Under the pieces are notes generated by a model. The model was not told where the DNA came from, made no database searches, and worked only from the letters and a program-made list of their open reading frames with translations. DNA of 58,896 nt, counting the filler, from Sphacelaria rigidula (lineage: Eukaryota): NCBI GenBank assembly GCA_964200075.2. It is 10 parts of 10 records of this genome, joined end to end, with 100 filler letters (N's around TTAATTAATTAA, not from the genome) between each part and the next. Parts side by side here need not be neighbours in the genome. Positions count along the whole stretch, not along the records: positions 11,801 to 17,600 come from CAXNAA020024370.1; positions 17,701 to 23,500 come from CAXNAA020024371.1; positions 23,601 to 29,400 come from CAXNAA020024372.1; 7 more parts are not named here. One strand, given 5' to 3'. Made by a program: the position numbers and the translations under genes. Of this stretch, positions 14,048 through 26,384 are shown piece by piece (positions within the stretch are counted from its first letter, which is position 1; every line of letters starts with the position of its first letter).

Positions 14048-17000
14048 GGTTATGATCCTCGAGCGAGGCGTCTGCCTAGTTTCGTGGAGTGCTACCTTTG
14101 TGCGGCCTACGTGCGCACAGCTGTACTGCCGAAACTGGGCTCTCGGCTGGAGGTGTACGCTTAGTCAACCCGCTCGCTGTTTGGGCCCAGACTGATCACC
14201 TGGAGTTCACGGCTGCATATTCGGTACGATAGTCCTTGTGAAAAATCCTCTGGGATCATAATCCTAGGGGTAGATTCCGGTCAGCGAATAGAATTGTGCA
14301 TTATAATGGTTAGTTCCGCGTACTGGGTACCGCCTGTACTAATCGACGTGTGTAACTGCCGTCATAACCGCCTTCGCATGCGCGTAGTTCTCGCAAGACG
14401 CAGTCCGTCCAAGATATATCTATCTAGACATCTTCCGCGTGCTGAGTGCCGTCTCATTGCGAGAGGAGGTCGAGGGTCTGATTCGGTTAGGAGCAATTAT
14501 TGCTGCAGGCTCATAGTAGACTGACGTCAAAGCCTGCGCGTAGTTTCCGCAAGGCGAAGTCTGCCCAAGATACCTTCCGCGTGCCGAACTTTATCGCCGG
14601 TGTGTGAAAAGGCTGAGGATCTAACAAGACTGAGAAGCGTCCGCTGCTTCAACACTGCACTCAAAGACGCGCGGTAAGTCCGAGCAGCATACCTGACCCG
14701 TGTGCTTGCAGGACGTGGCCGGGGTTGGCTACTCTGACGCCACAGCACCGAAGATTAGCCATCTGCGGTAGGTTTTGCTGTGGATTGTGGGTCTCCGGAC
14801 TGTAATCTGTAGGATGTGAGCTTCCGGGTTGCACCAAAATCGTTCAGCATTGTTCTTGCGCGTCGAGCTTTCACGTGCTCGGGGCGCTATAGTGGGAACT
14901 CTTTTGCCCTTCGTGCTTTGCGAGTAGACGTGGCGGAATTATCCTTTTCTTCTCTAGACCGCACCCTTGACTCCATGACCAAATCCCAGGGTCAAAACCG
15001 TACCGCGAGTAGAGGTTTAATATTCGCCAAGCAATTGGGTTCCATGCCCCGGACGTACTGCGAGTTCTGGACGGGGATCCTTGCCCTACTGCGATCGGCT
15101 CCACGACTGCGGAGGTAGCCGCATGGAAGAAGGCGAACAGAAAATTCTCCTCTCTGCTTTTCTTCGCGACTAAAGACTCCGCTAAAGTCACAATGAGGCC
15201 ACACGAAGGAGTGCAGAGGGCTCTCTGGTTGACGGAGCAACGGCTTGGGAAGCCCTCGCGGCCCGCTCCGATGAACGAAAGAAACCCATCGCGCGTGCAG
15301 AGGAAAGCTTTTATCCCCTGTGTTGATGTGCGGAGGCGATCTCTTGGATTTTCTGTCGACAATGAACGACCTGCGGCTCCGTCTCAAGGACATGAGGGAG
15401 GAAATTACACATGGGAGTTACCAGAATGTGCTTCTTCGCGCCCTCTCGAAGGAGTACGATTTCGTCCGACGAATCAATCTCCGGGATCGTCCCTTCGGCT
15501 TGCCGGAATTCCAGATCCCCGTGGTTAACATGTGCATAGACGAGCTACGAAGAAGATCGTCGGCTCCGTCTATCTCGGGATGTGGAGCAGCGATGGCCGT
15601 TGCGTCCAGCAGTGATCAATGCCGTCGGTGCAAGGCATTCGGTCGTTATCAGCGTGAATGCCCAGAGCGGGTGACAAAGAGACGGCGCAGCGGGAGAAAA
15701 TGAAGGGAAAGAAAGGCGAAGGGTCGCCTCCACCGTCTTTCTTACCCTTCACCTTCCCTCGTTTGCGTCGTTCCTTTTTCACACGCTCTGGACACTCACG
15801 CTGATAACGACCGAATGCCTTGCACCTACGGCATTGATCACTGCTGGACGCGGCCGCCATCGCTGCTCCGCATTCCGAGATAGACAAGGCCAATGATCTT
15901 CTTCATGATCGTCTATGCACATGTTGACCACGGTGATTCGGAATTCCGGGAAGCCGAAGGGGCGATCCCGGTGACTGGTTCGTCGGACGAAATTGTACTC
16001 CTTTGGGAGGGCGCGAAGAAGTACATCCTCGTAACTCTCATCTGTAATTCTCTCCCTCATGTCCTTGAGGCGGAGCCGCAGGTCGTCCATTGATGAAGGG
16101 TAAGAAAGGCGGTGGAGACGACCCTTCGCCTAAGTGGTGTTCTTACCGCAGGGACAATACACATAACGACGCTGAATGTCACTAGGATGGGAGATAACTA
16201 AACTTCACATGGCGGCGCTCTCAAACCCTGATCAAGCATAGTACACCAATATCGGGAGCGCTCACCTGACGCAGACTCCCGAGCCCGAATATCCAATGTT
16301 CGATTACTCCTTTAGCGCCATCTGGGATTCTCTAGCTGAAGTAACCCGCGTCAGCTATCACCTTTGAACCACAACCCGTCGCCTCTATCTCTATCCCCGA
16401 GACAGATGGGACACTTGCTATTCACCTAGGATCAATTCCTTCGGAGCAGCTGAAGCAGGAACGAGAGACTTCCCCAGGAGTGTTCGGAGCGTTCATGGCA
16501 ATAGCCACAGCTCCGCCAAGTGCAAGCTCCTATTCTGATGGACTTTTTATCACGATGGTGGTGAATAGCAGAACATGTGAGTACTACCTCGACCCGTATC
16601 TCATTCCTAACTTGCAGGATGACATGAGCGACTGCACCATTCTCAACGTTCCAAACACCGTAGTCACTGCTGGTCAGCATATTCTTGAAAAATTTGAAAC
16701 AAGTACTGTGGCGCCGTCATTGATGACCGTGGGCACAACAGACCGATCTCTTTCCCCACTGTCGTGGTACCAGGTCTGGGTGCAAACCTGTTATCTGTTG
16801 CTGCATGCGCGAACAAGGGGGATGTTACGATTTTTGACCCTACCAAACCAAGGTCGAACCTAGGCCAACTCGCCCTGCAGTCCCAGCGGTTAAGGAATGT
16901 TGAACTGCTATACTCCTTCGCTATGCACCTTGTTGGTGACTCAGGCGATGTTGCCTTGCGGGTCGAGTCTGCCGATCTATGGCGCCGTCGCATGGAACAC

Positions 17001-17216
17001 ATCAATCGCAACAGCATCAGCGTCCTGCGGGAGGTGCAGGGCAATGGAATCGAGTACGACGGGGACATGAAATTATGCCATGTCTGTGCTGTTGGAAAGA
17101 CCGCACAGCAAGCTCGTCCACAGGAGGCATCTCACGATGTTTGTCGATCTTTCCAGCTCGTCACCGCCGACCTCATGGGGCCCACTTCACCTCCACCCTT
17201 GGGTAGTTGGATGTAA
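14048..17216 (+). mobile_element. Decayed Ty1/copia LTR retrotransposon 1 (gag, protease, GAG-pre-integrase, integrase start), 3'-truncated
   Basis: Gag 15320-15703 with degenerate knuckle CRRCKAFGRYQREC; protease MVVNSRTCEYYLD (16555 region) and VPGLGANLLSV; ADLWRRRMEHIN, CHVCAVGK, FQLVTADLMGP. Frameshifts and stops throughout. Confidence 0.9.
15714..16092 (-). repeat. Inverted duplication of copia gag segment
   Basis: Reverse complement of 15360-15718; encodes MDDLRLRLKDMRERITDESYEDVLLRALPKEY versus MNDLRLRLKDMREEITHGSYQNVLLRALSKEY on +. Confidence 0.95.
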
Positions 17217-17513
17217 TCGACGAGGCGGAGAAGAAAATATCGAAGGTGGCTAGCATCAGGGAAGGAGGCGATGATGATGACAAGTGGCGCGTGGGTCCCT
17301 TCTGGGAAAGTAAGATCTTCCAGGAAGGCGGGTGAGAGACGACGCTCTTGTATCGCTGTTGTCGTTGACGTTGTCGACGTTGTTGATGTTGTTGCAATCC
17401 CTCCTCTCTCATCCCCGCACCTCACCCTTCATGCGACACGCCGAACACACCGCGGCGCTTTGCGTTTGGTGGCTGAGTGCGAGCCTGGTCCGGCTAAAAC
17501 CCGATGTGATCCG

Positions 17514-17600
17514 TTCCGGCTTTGAAGGAATGCGAAGTCAATGGTCTTATGACTATGGCGTGTAAGATCATGCCCCCCCCCCCCGATTCCCGGCTTTGTA
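17514..17600 (+). mobile_element. Poly(C)-tailed short repeat, diverged copy at contig end
   Basis: gaaggaatgcgaagtcaatggtcttatgactatggc...C12 aligns with gaaagggatgcgtggtcaatggtcacacgactaaggc (29357-29393); the head ccggctttg recurs after the C run. Confidence 0.6.
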
Positions 17601-17779
17601 NNNNNNNNNNNNNNNNNNNNNNNNNNNNNNNNNNNNNNNNNNNNTTAATTAATTAANNNNNNNNNNNNNNNNNNNNNNNNNNNNNNNNNNNNNNNNNNNN
17701 ACAAATGTACCGCGCAGATATCGGAACGGCTTTTAATGTGAAGACAACAACAACAACAACAATTTACATGCCATGCTGC

Positions 17780-18160
17780 ACACAACGGCTGCCGAAAATG
17801 ATCTCAACAACGTGCAGTGCAGACAGTACAAGGCTTGCACTACCGCATTCAACAGTACAGGATCAAACAGCATATGTTAGTTTGCCAGTAGTGTACGACA
17901 GATGCAATAACTATGGCGTGGACAACGTGCAGTACAGACAAAACTAAGCAGTACGGTACTGTCTGTACTGCCGCATTCGGCAGTATACATGCACAAGTGT
18001 CAGGTTGCAGACGGTAATATACAACGGCTGCACAAAAATTGATGCAGAGGAGTGCGGTACAGACAGTACGAGACAGTACTACTGTCTGTACTGCCGCATA
18101 CGAGATACGGCAGAATAGGATGAAGCTGTCAGTTTGCGCACAGTACGAGCTGGGCCAGCA
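17780..18160 (+). repeat. Degenerate ~120-bp tandem repeat
   Basis: Three recurrences of gtgc.gt.cagaca.../ctgccgcat-type motifs; the terminal gtacgagctgggccagc recurs at 22941-22957. Confidence 0.55.
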
Positions 18161-18453
18161 GTGATCGGGGGAGGTCTATGTTTCACACCTTCTTACACCT
18201 ATACAGGACGCTTGGCAGGGCGAAGTCTTCAGGTCTTTGTACCTCGCCTTGGCGTGCACACCCCATTAAAATCCGCTGACCGTACTTTTGGTACTTCCCC
18301 GCTCTTTTGGTACCCCACACCCCTCGGGAATACATCTGGAACCGTACGGCAGGGTCAACATCTCTCGTTGTATTTTCCCCCTCATATTTTTTCTTCGTGA
18401 TTGTTTGCGAAATACGATGGGAAAAAAAACAGAAAACGAACCGGAAGGAACGG

Positions 18454-18939
18454 CCTTAGGCCACCCCGTATAGCGATCAAAAATTAAGTCCTGTAAAGTT
18501 GCTTCTTTTTTTTCTGCACTTGTTCGTTGTTTTACGCCCTGAAGAGAGCTAGGCGGAGTTTGACACCTTGGAATGACTTGCTCTACTCGTTTAGGCGGTT
18601 CCAGGACATCTTCGCGTTTTCCGGTGTCCGCAGTTTTTATTCTGGCCAAACAGGCATTTTTGTCTATAGACAGTCAAATCCAGAGAAAAATGGCAGTTTT
18701 CCCTAAATTTGACAGTTCTTGACCGTTCTCGGACGAAATTTCAAGTTTGGCCAAAATAAAAACTGCGGCCACCGGACACCGCGGAGATGTCCGAGAACCA
18801 TCTCGACGAGTAGAGCAAGTCATTTCGAGGTGTCAAACTCCGCCTAGCTCTCATTTAGGGCGTAAAACGACGAAAAAGGACCACAGAAGCACTTTTACAG
18901 GACTTTCATTTTGTTTCCTGTAAGGAGCGGCACTAGGAG
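18454..18939. mobile_element. Foldback element/MITE with ~190-bp inverted arms
   Basis: gagctaggcggagtttgacacct..gaatgacttgctctactcgt (18546-18590) is the reverse complement of acgagtagagcaagtcatttc.aggtgtcaaactccgcctagctc (~18806-18850); similarity extends over both arms. Confidence 0.85.
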
Positions 18940-19530
18940 CTGAAATTTTGACACGAGATTCATATCAATACGCGGAAAGTAGCGGGAGAAGCCACGAAAA
19001 AGAAATTAGAAACTTAGAGCGATTTGAAATTTACGAGAAGAGCAAAAGACGTCATAGCTCCATCAAAGAAAACTTTGACTGCTTCCGCGAGAAAGTTTCA
19101 AGTCGCGTGTAGAGACCTTTGTCAAAATTCAAGTTCACAGCTCTTAAAATTGGGCAGGGCATTTCACCTTTTGTGTGACACCGCTCCACCCGATTGTATA
19201 CTTGGTACACAAAACTTCAGTCACGTCGAAAGGTCACATGGTACGCGCATTGATTTCTATTGCGTTTGTCCCTCCTTACAGACCCAGCTCGCTACTCAGA
19301 AACACTATTTTCGGCCCAGGTCCAACCCGTATTTCTTAGCCTCACCTAAAAATATTAATGTGTGATATCGAACATGTAGGAATTGCGAGGTATGGGACCG
19401 GTAGATGAGCCAGGGTCCTTTGCCTCCCTTTCTCACCAGCCCGGAAAGTTTAGGTTGACTTTCTTCACTCGAGTGATTCTTAATCGAGCACCGATTTTGG
19501 ATTTTCCTTGGGAAACAAGCTTCAACTCAC

Positions 19531-21241
19531 CGCACTAGGCTCCTCGGCACCATAAAACCTATCGAGCAGACCGTCATCGTTCGCCGAGTCTGACTCTGCA
19601 TCCTTTTCGTTTTTTTCAGCTTTTTTATCCTTGTCTTCGAGATCTGCGAGCGCCTTCAACATTTTCTTTCGCTCGTCCTTTCGCTTCTGGAGGCTGAAAC
19701 AAAAGCAACAAGCACACGACGATACACAGATCGCGTACATCTGCCATCGTCTAATACCCTTTCTTCCTTCATCATGTTCTTTTGACACACCATACTCTAC
19801 TCTCTTTCTGCAACCTGCCAAAAACCCCAGACCGAAAAAAAAAAAAAACTTTGCAACAACGCACATCCCGCATTAGTACAACCAAGCACACCAGTGTGAC
19901 AAAGGCATCTTCTTGTCCTACATATTCTGTATCTTGGAAAACACACGATGAACGAAGTTCACATGATTGATTGATTGATTGATTGATTGTCGCACTTGAA
20001 CTGACCTCCGTGGTCTCATGATAGACGTACCCAAGGAAAACGAAACTGAAACATGCTCTGAGAAAAACATACTTCGTCTGTCCCATAAGTAAAGGTACCA
20101 ATATTTGTAAGGGCCCTTAACGATGTCCGATCGTTTTTTTTTAAATGGACTCTACGGTGTTTTTTAGGTTAAAAAATGTGTTTAAAATTTGCAGCTCGTG
20201 CTTGAACCATGCCGCCGAACGGCTGAAAAAAAAGTAGTCGGCCCAAAAAAGGCCGTTTTTTGTCCTTTCCGCGGGGAAAAAAAGTGTCGATTTTGTTTTT
20301 GAATTTTTGAATCGCCCCCGTCGTCATTGGGGCTTTTGCTGCCAGGAAGTCTCACGCGATTAAAAAAATCATTCGACACTTTTTTCCCCCTCGAAAAGGG
20401 GCAAAAAACGGCTATTTTGGGCCGATTACTTTTTTTGCAGCCGTTCGGCGGCATGGTTCAAGCACGAGCTGCAAATTTCAAACACATTTCCTTGACCCAA
20501 AAAACACCGTGGAGTTCATGAAAAACAAACAAACGATCGGACATCGTCAAGGGCCCGTACAAATTTAGGTACCTTTACTTATGGGACAGAGGAAGTATGT
20601 TTTGCAGCGTTTCCCCTCGGGTTCCGATTTTCGATGTTTCCGGTACGCTACGGTTACACCCTCGATACGTCCGCTTTTTCGAAACCGGAGTAAGGAACGG
20701 GCTGGTCACGCCTTGAAATACCGAGGCAACAGACGATGGGATATCTCCGCACACGACGGCCGTTACAGCTACGTGGTGCACCGCGAGTACATTATGCAGG
20801 TAGACGCTGCCAAGAGCACCACGAACAGGTGGATCAAAACAGTGCTCCGAATATCTGCCGAGCACTTAGCACGCACTCAGCAACCTCGGAGGATCCAGCG
20901 CGGGGGTAAACACCGCAAAAGAGTCTTGTTGCCTACAGTACTCGGTTGACATGATGGATACCAATTTGTCGTGTGTTTTCACGGGCATCGCGAGCACTTG
21001 ACACACGAAAAGGGGAAGACGACAGTATCCTACAGTGAGTTTGCGGATAACAGCTATATTAGCTACCGCGTGAATGTTCAAGCCGGGAATAAAAAAAACA
21101 CCCTTGGGAATCCGTACCCGTCAGCTGCTTTTAGATCCGCTCGTTGCACCGCTGTTAATTCATCCTCGTCGCCATTAACGAAGCACAGCTCGTAGTCGCC
21201 AGACTTGGTGGCCTCTGCCAAAAACACAGCTTCAGCCGCAC
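19531..21241 (-). CDS. Partial gene: GOLD/p24(emp24)-like exon plus a charged exon
   Basis: Exon 21241-21118 (cag|...|gtacgg) reads AEAVFLAEATKSGDYELCFVN, matching the GOLD-domain GxYxxCFxN motif. Exon ~19690-19531 (KRKDERKKMLKALADLE...|gtgagt). That both belong to one gene is inferred. Confidence 0.45.
19965..20060 (-). mobile_element. 3' end of (AATC)n-tailed retroposon
   Basis: Reverse complement reads cttgggtacgtctatcatgagaccacgg..gtcagttcaagtgcgac(aatc)n, shared with the copies at 23610, 25776 and 30064. Confidence 0.8.
20072..20595. mobile_element. Stowaway-like (Tc1/mariner) MITE, nearly wholly palindromic
   Basis: TA|cttcgtctgtcccataagtaaaggtacc ... ggtacctttacttatgggacagaggaag|TA; inverted arms of ~220 bp. 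Confidence 0.88.
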
Positions 21242-21242
21242 C

Positions 21243-21305
21243 TGAATCAATGATTGCAATGAATGAATCAATGATTGCAATGAGTGAATCAATGATTGCA
21301 ATGAG
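21243..21305 (+). repeat. 21-bp minisatellite x3 abutting a splice acceptor
   Basis: tgaatcaatgattgcaatga(a/g) three times, directly next to the AG of exon 21241-21118. Confidence 0.9.
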
Positions 21306-23609
21306 ACACAAAAATACGCGCCAACACAGGAAGAGCCACCCGAAAGACATGATTGCCCTCCAAATAGTTGGTAGGCGTTCCTTGGAGGCGACACGCTTAA
21401 CCGTCGGGATTGGGCATCCTTGTTCGTTTTTTCCGAAATAGATGAAAATTGGTGCGATTTTTCATAGTAGACGAACAACAGATCCCAACTGAGCTACGGG
21501 GCGATAAACAACAGCGGCAATATTAGCGACAGCAGCAACAGCAACGGCAACAGCAACAGCAGCAGCAGCAGCAGTAGCAACAACGACGACAGGTGGCGCT
21601 GGCAGCATGACTCAAGCACCAATGCAGCCAGTCTACGCTGCTCGCCGCTCAACACGTGAGGTCTAAGACAAATAAAACACCATCGTACGCGTGCAGCAGT
21701 TTGATCGCTTGCGCAATGGATTCGCCACGTACGTATCGCACCTTGCTTCTTGTAAAAATATTCATCGTCCATCCGCAGAACCACTGCCACATGCTTCTTC
21801 GATACTGGTGTAGTCACCTATCTCACGCCACATGGCAGTATGGAGTATGACATAGTAAAATAGAACACGAACAGCAGCGAACGATACACCGTGTATGACG
21901 AGACCGTGAGGGGCGTCGGCAACAAGAAATTCCAGCATAAAAACGTCACGTGCATCACATCATGAGTAGAATAAACACTGGCGCAAGGATTACAGGCAGT
22001 AAACACATAAACAGCGCGGGAAGAGCGCCGAAAAAGCAAGAATATTTCCTCCTCTGAGTGACAGCGTCACAGCACAATTACATCCGTGCGTCTCGAAATT
22101 TGCTGATGAAAAACAAAACGTAATCTACCCTCCATCAGAACCTCTTCTCGTCGTGAACACGAGACTCACACCCACAACGCTTCTTCCACGTACATAGGAC
22201 CGCAACAGTCAGTACAACTGATCGCTCGTAAAGTGGGGGAAGGGGGGAGAGGGTCCCACCTCAAGAAGGCCGTCTTACAAGCAGGGACACCGTTACAACA
22301 CAAAGAGTACTTGCACATACCGGGTGAAAACACAAAGACGACAGCAGAGGGACCAACATCATCGATAGCTCCATGCCAAACGCAACACCTCACAGAGGGT
22401 ACCGCCATGCCTTGGCAAATCATCAAATCCAAAAACCAGTCTGAGAGGGACCAGAAACAACCAGTCCGTGTAAAGTTCATAGCAAGGAGCAGAGATTCCC
22501 CTTCCACTACGACCTTGAAGTACTGTACAGTATGGTTCATCGGGAATGTTGGGTAGAACTTCCGCAACACCACCAGTTCCCGAGACTTCCAGTATTCTTC
22601 AATAATATGGCTGCGGTATTTTGGGAGATTAGCTGTCCAAGACACAGCGTAACTGGCGTCTGATGGCGCTGAAACTTCACGTATGTATAGGTCAAGACCA
22701 CATGGTGTTGACGCAATACTATCGGCAACCCAATGCGTTTCATGCGTTACGTGGCTTGAAACGATGAATATACACGACGGTGAAACTCCTTTTGGAACAT
22801 CCTTTAAACAGAAAAATGTAGAAAATCACCTTCATAATTTTGAAAGGGACGGCATGGATACGGCTCCTAGAAGAAACACAGCAACAGTACGTACACTATA
22901 TTGTCTGTATACTGCAGCCTTGAACCATAAATCGAAAAGCGTACGAGCTGGGCCAGCTTAAAAGCGGCGAAAAGTTGCTCACATCACAGCTTTCCTAGTT
23001 TCCCGAATAAACCCAATGAAAGCATATCACTGTGAACTACAGACCCACCTGATGACAAAGGATTGCGTCGCTGTCCAATTGGCGTCGTATTGCCGATGAC
23101 GTTATTGTACTGCATAGAGTAGGGGGTGCGCCTCATATCGTTGGGCGATAGCGTGTCGGAGTGTTTTTATTTTTATTTTATGAGGTGGGTTCACGTCATC
23201 AATCACCCCGCACTGGGTGTTGGTGGGGTGCAGCAGCGTCACGCAAAACGTTGCACGCACGGTCCAATTCGACGACTCTTGAGCTGAAATTTCACGAAGA
23301 CTTTCTGCAACCAAGGGAATGAGACATCCCGTAAGCAGCTGTAGATTCTCATTTTTTCCCTTGACTTAGACCCACTTTTATGGCAAGAACGAATCTTGAT
23401 TTTTCCAAATCGGGGGGACAAAATATCGGGGGACACACGGATTTGGACCAAATCGGGGCCGAAAAAATCGGGGGGTCACGATCTCGGAACGATTTCCCCG
23501 NNNNNNNNNNNNNNNNNNNNNNNNNNNNNNNNNNNNNNNNNNNNTTAATTAATTAANNNNNNNNNNNNNNNNNNNNNNNNNNNNNNNNNNNNNNNNNNNN
23601 TTTTTTTTC

Positions 23610-23782
23610 ATGACTTAGTCTGCTATGTCGTTCTGTTCGACCCCTCTTTTTTTTTCTTCTGTTCCTGTTTTTTTTCTTTTTTCCTTGGAGCATGTTTCAG
23701 TTTCGTTTTTCTTGGGTACGTCTATGTTGAGACCACAGCTGGACCCCTGCGAGGTCAGTTCAAGTGCGACAATCAATCAATC
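23610..23782 (+). mobile_element. 3' end of (AATC)n-tailed retroposon
   Basis: gacttagtctgctatgtcgttctgttcg...gagaccacagctggacccc...tcagttcaagtgcgacaatcaatcaatc. Confidence 0.8.
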
Positions 23783-24160
23783 ATGGGTCGATTGTCGCAC
23801 ATGGGGGAATGCGAGATAATCATCTCGTTGTGTTGTTCGTGACGGTGTTTGTGTGAGTTGCTGTTGTTTTTGTTGTTGTCGCTGCTTCCTTCCTTCTCTT
23901 CTTCCTGTGGCTGTTGCTTCTGCCTTTTTTCTGTTCCTTTCCTCCTTTCTTATTCTGCTCTCACTGGCGGGATTGTTGCAATCAGCTAATGTGAGATAAT
24001 CAATCAATCAAACAATCAATCGATCATGAGGTGATCTCACACGGATCCAGGGATCCCGCCTTGGTATGGTCATGATCCAGATGATAAGCGTATCTGGGAT
24101 CCGGGAGAAATTGAAACGCGAACACTCCACAAACTGGGCAGCATGTGGTGCACAGCTGCA

Positions 24161-24940
24161 CACGTCGGACAAATCATGATCGTCTGAAATGACTAATCAA
24201 AGTCCAAAAAGACAAAACATAAAATATGTAACCGCCGAGTCGAAAACGCCAGAGCGTAATCTTTCACGGTTGGGACGAATCATCGCCGACTCGAATCACC
24301 AAATCCACGATTTTTCAGGCCTGATTGCTCGTAAGAAATTAAAACAAAAGTTGAACGCTGTTCAAAAAGGTCTCCACGCAACGTCTGCGCCATTCCACGT
24401 GCTTAGGCTACGCGTACCTGGGTTGCAACGCTGAAAACAAAGCCTAAGGATTGATTCATACGGTACGAATCAATTACACTAAAATCAAGTAATTTTCAGG
24501 GATATACACGTTACACACGTGACACATTTGAACAAATTAGAAAAAATGTAATTTTGAACCATTTAACGCCCCGTAAGGTTCGATTTTTTGGACGGGACAA
24601 ATGTAACGCAACGTGATGTCACGTGTGGGATCTTGAAGCAGCGTCTCTTGGGATTTTTCAGATGTGAAAAAAGGCTGTTTTTGTGAACTTGTAACGTGTC
24701 ACGTGACACGTTACAAATTCACGAAAACAAGCAGAGTTTTCGTCACATTTGGAAAGTAAAACGCGACGTTAGGATTCATTCGAAGGACCACACGTTACAT
24801 TTGCCCCATCTAAAAAATCAAAACTTACGAAGGGTTAAATGACCCGAAGTTACGTTTCTTCGAATGTGTCACGTTAAAGTGTCACGTGTAACGTGTAGAC
24901 CCCTGGTAATTTCAGACGGATCATTGCTTCGTCCGAACGT
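24161..24940. mobile_element. CACGTCGG-TIR MITE carrying a nested hAT MITE
   Basis: Left cacgtcggacaaatcatgatcgtctgaaatgac, right gtaatttcagacggatcattgcttcgtccgaacgt; same TIR family as 42743-43001. Confidence 0.65.
24497..24905. mobile_element. hAT-like MITE
   Basis: TIRs cagggatatacacgttacac / gtgtaacgtgtagacccctg; 8-bp target duplication gtaatttt / gtaatttc; central perfect palindrome ttgtaacgtgtcacgtgacacgttacaa; second copy at 58705. Confidence 0.85.
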
Positions 24941-25775
24941 TGCAACCTTTGCGCTACTCGGCGTCCGACCCTGTGGGGAACAAACATGGAAAACGGATGG
25001 ATCATGATCGGTCCGTAGTTACAACAGGAAAAAAATCATAGCATCATGTATTGTTCTATTATCGGAATAATTCATGTCCAGGGTGTGGAACAGTCACTGA
25101 AAAGGAAATAAAAAATAACAAATCATGAACGTGGAACATAAACCAAACGGTAGACTGGAAGGGAAAAAAAAAAATGAACAAACAGACCGATAGACGAAAT
25201 AAAGAATCCCAAGAAAGAGAGATAAAAGCTGTAATAGACACTCCGAAGAAATTCGTCATAACTTTACACACCCTGTACAACCATCCGTGACACTTGAGCT
25301 TTACTGGCTGATAATGGGCCGGTCAAACTAGATACTTACAACTACTTGAACAACTAAATAGCGCTCAAACCCGCCTGGCTCCCCGTGTGCTGCGCGTGAG
25401 ATGGCGCAGAATTTGCCCCCGTGACTATGGCCCGCGGTCGTATTATCAAGATGTATTATTGTCCCCAGTTGCCAAGTAAATCGAAATTCTAGTTTTAGGA
25501 CACGTGGCGACGCGCGGACAAGCGAGAATCAGACCGCCGTCGCAAGTGAGAGGCTGCTGCGTCGAGGGCTGCCAATCGGAGGATTCCGTCTGCTCATATA
25601 GCTTGTTGATTATGTTCTTAGTCGGTAACTCTGCGGTGCCCATTGGCGTGTCTGTATCTACTACTCAGCTGCCCTGAATCCCTTGAGACTTTTACTCTTG
25701 TTTTTGTTTAAGGTCGGCCATTTAATTCTGTGCTTTGCTTATGTTAACTTTTTCATTGCCCTCTTTTTTTTGTTA

Positions 25776-25916
25776 CGACTTGGTCTGCTATGTCGTTCTG
25801 TTCGTATATATATTTTTCTTCTTCCTGTTCCTTCTTTTTTTCTTGGGTACGTCTATCATGAGACCACGGCTGGACCCCAGGGGTCAGTAAAGTGCTACAA
25901 CCGATCAATCAATCAA
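25776..25916 (+). mobile_element. 3' end of (AATC)n-tailed retroposon
   Basis: gacttggtctgctatgtcgttctgttcg...cttgggtacgtctatcatgagaccacggctggacccc...atcaatcaatcaa. Confidence 0.8.
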
Positions 25917-25977
25917 GTGTATTAGTTGTCACGGATAGTTGTACAGGGTGTGTAGCTTCATGACTGACTATCATAAA

Positions 25978-26245
25978 CCCTTTTGGAACTTTTTGACGAT
26001 ATTTGTTTTTGTGAATCAGCATTCTTTTGACTCGAACGTGACTGAAAATTACCACACCCTGGACAATAGATTATGTTGTAAAAAAATGTACTGCGTACAG
26101 CATGGAATCTATTGCCTATTGCAATAGGCGCAGTAGTCGATACTGTACGCAGTACAATTTTTGACTGTATTCTATGGCCATCATCCAGGGAGTAAAAATT
26201 ACGCCGATTAAAAAAAACAAAAATCGTCAATGGGTTCCAAAAGGG
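25978..26245. mobile_element. piggyBac-like MITE
   Basis: TAAA|cccttttggaac...gttccaaaaggg|TTGA (degenerate TTAA sites); inner inverted repeat gtactgcgtacag / ctgtacgcagtac. Confidence 0.6.
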
Positions 26246-26384
26246 TTGAGCGCTGCTTACCTTCATTGATATTATTTTGACATGATATGATGTGATACGA
26301 TGATACACTATGCGACGTACTGACAACCAACAACATAGCTAATACTGCACTGGACATTATAATACTAAAAACATGAGCAAAGAC

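Noticed and set aside
22166..22645. 159-aa ORF as an upstream exon of the GOLD-like gene
   Set aside because: No recognisable motif or clear exon boundaries.
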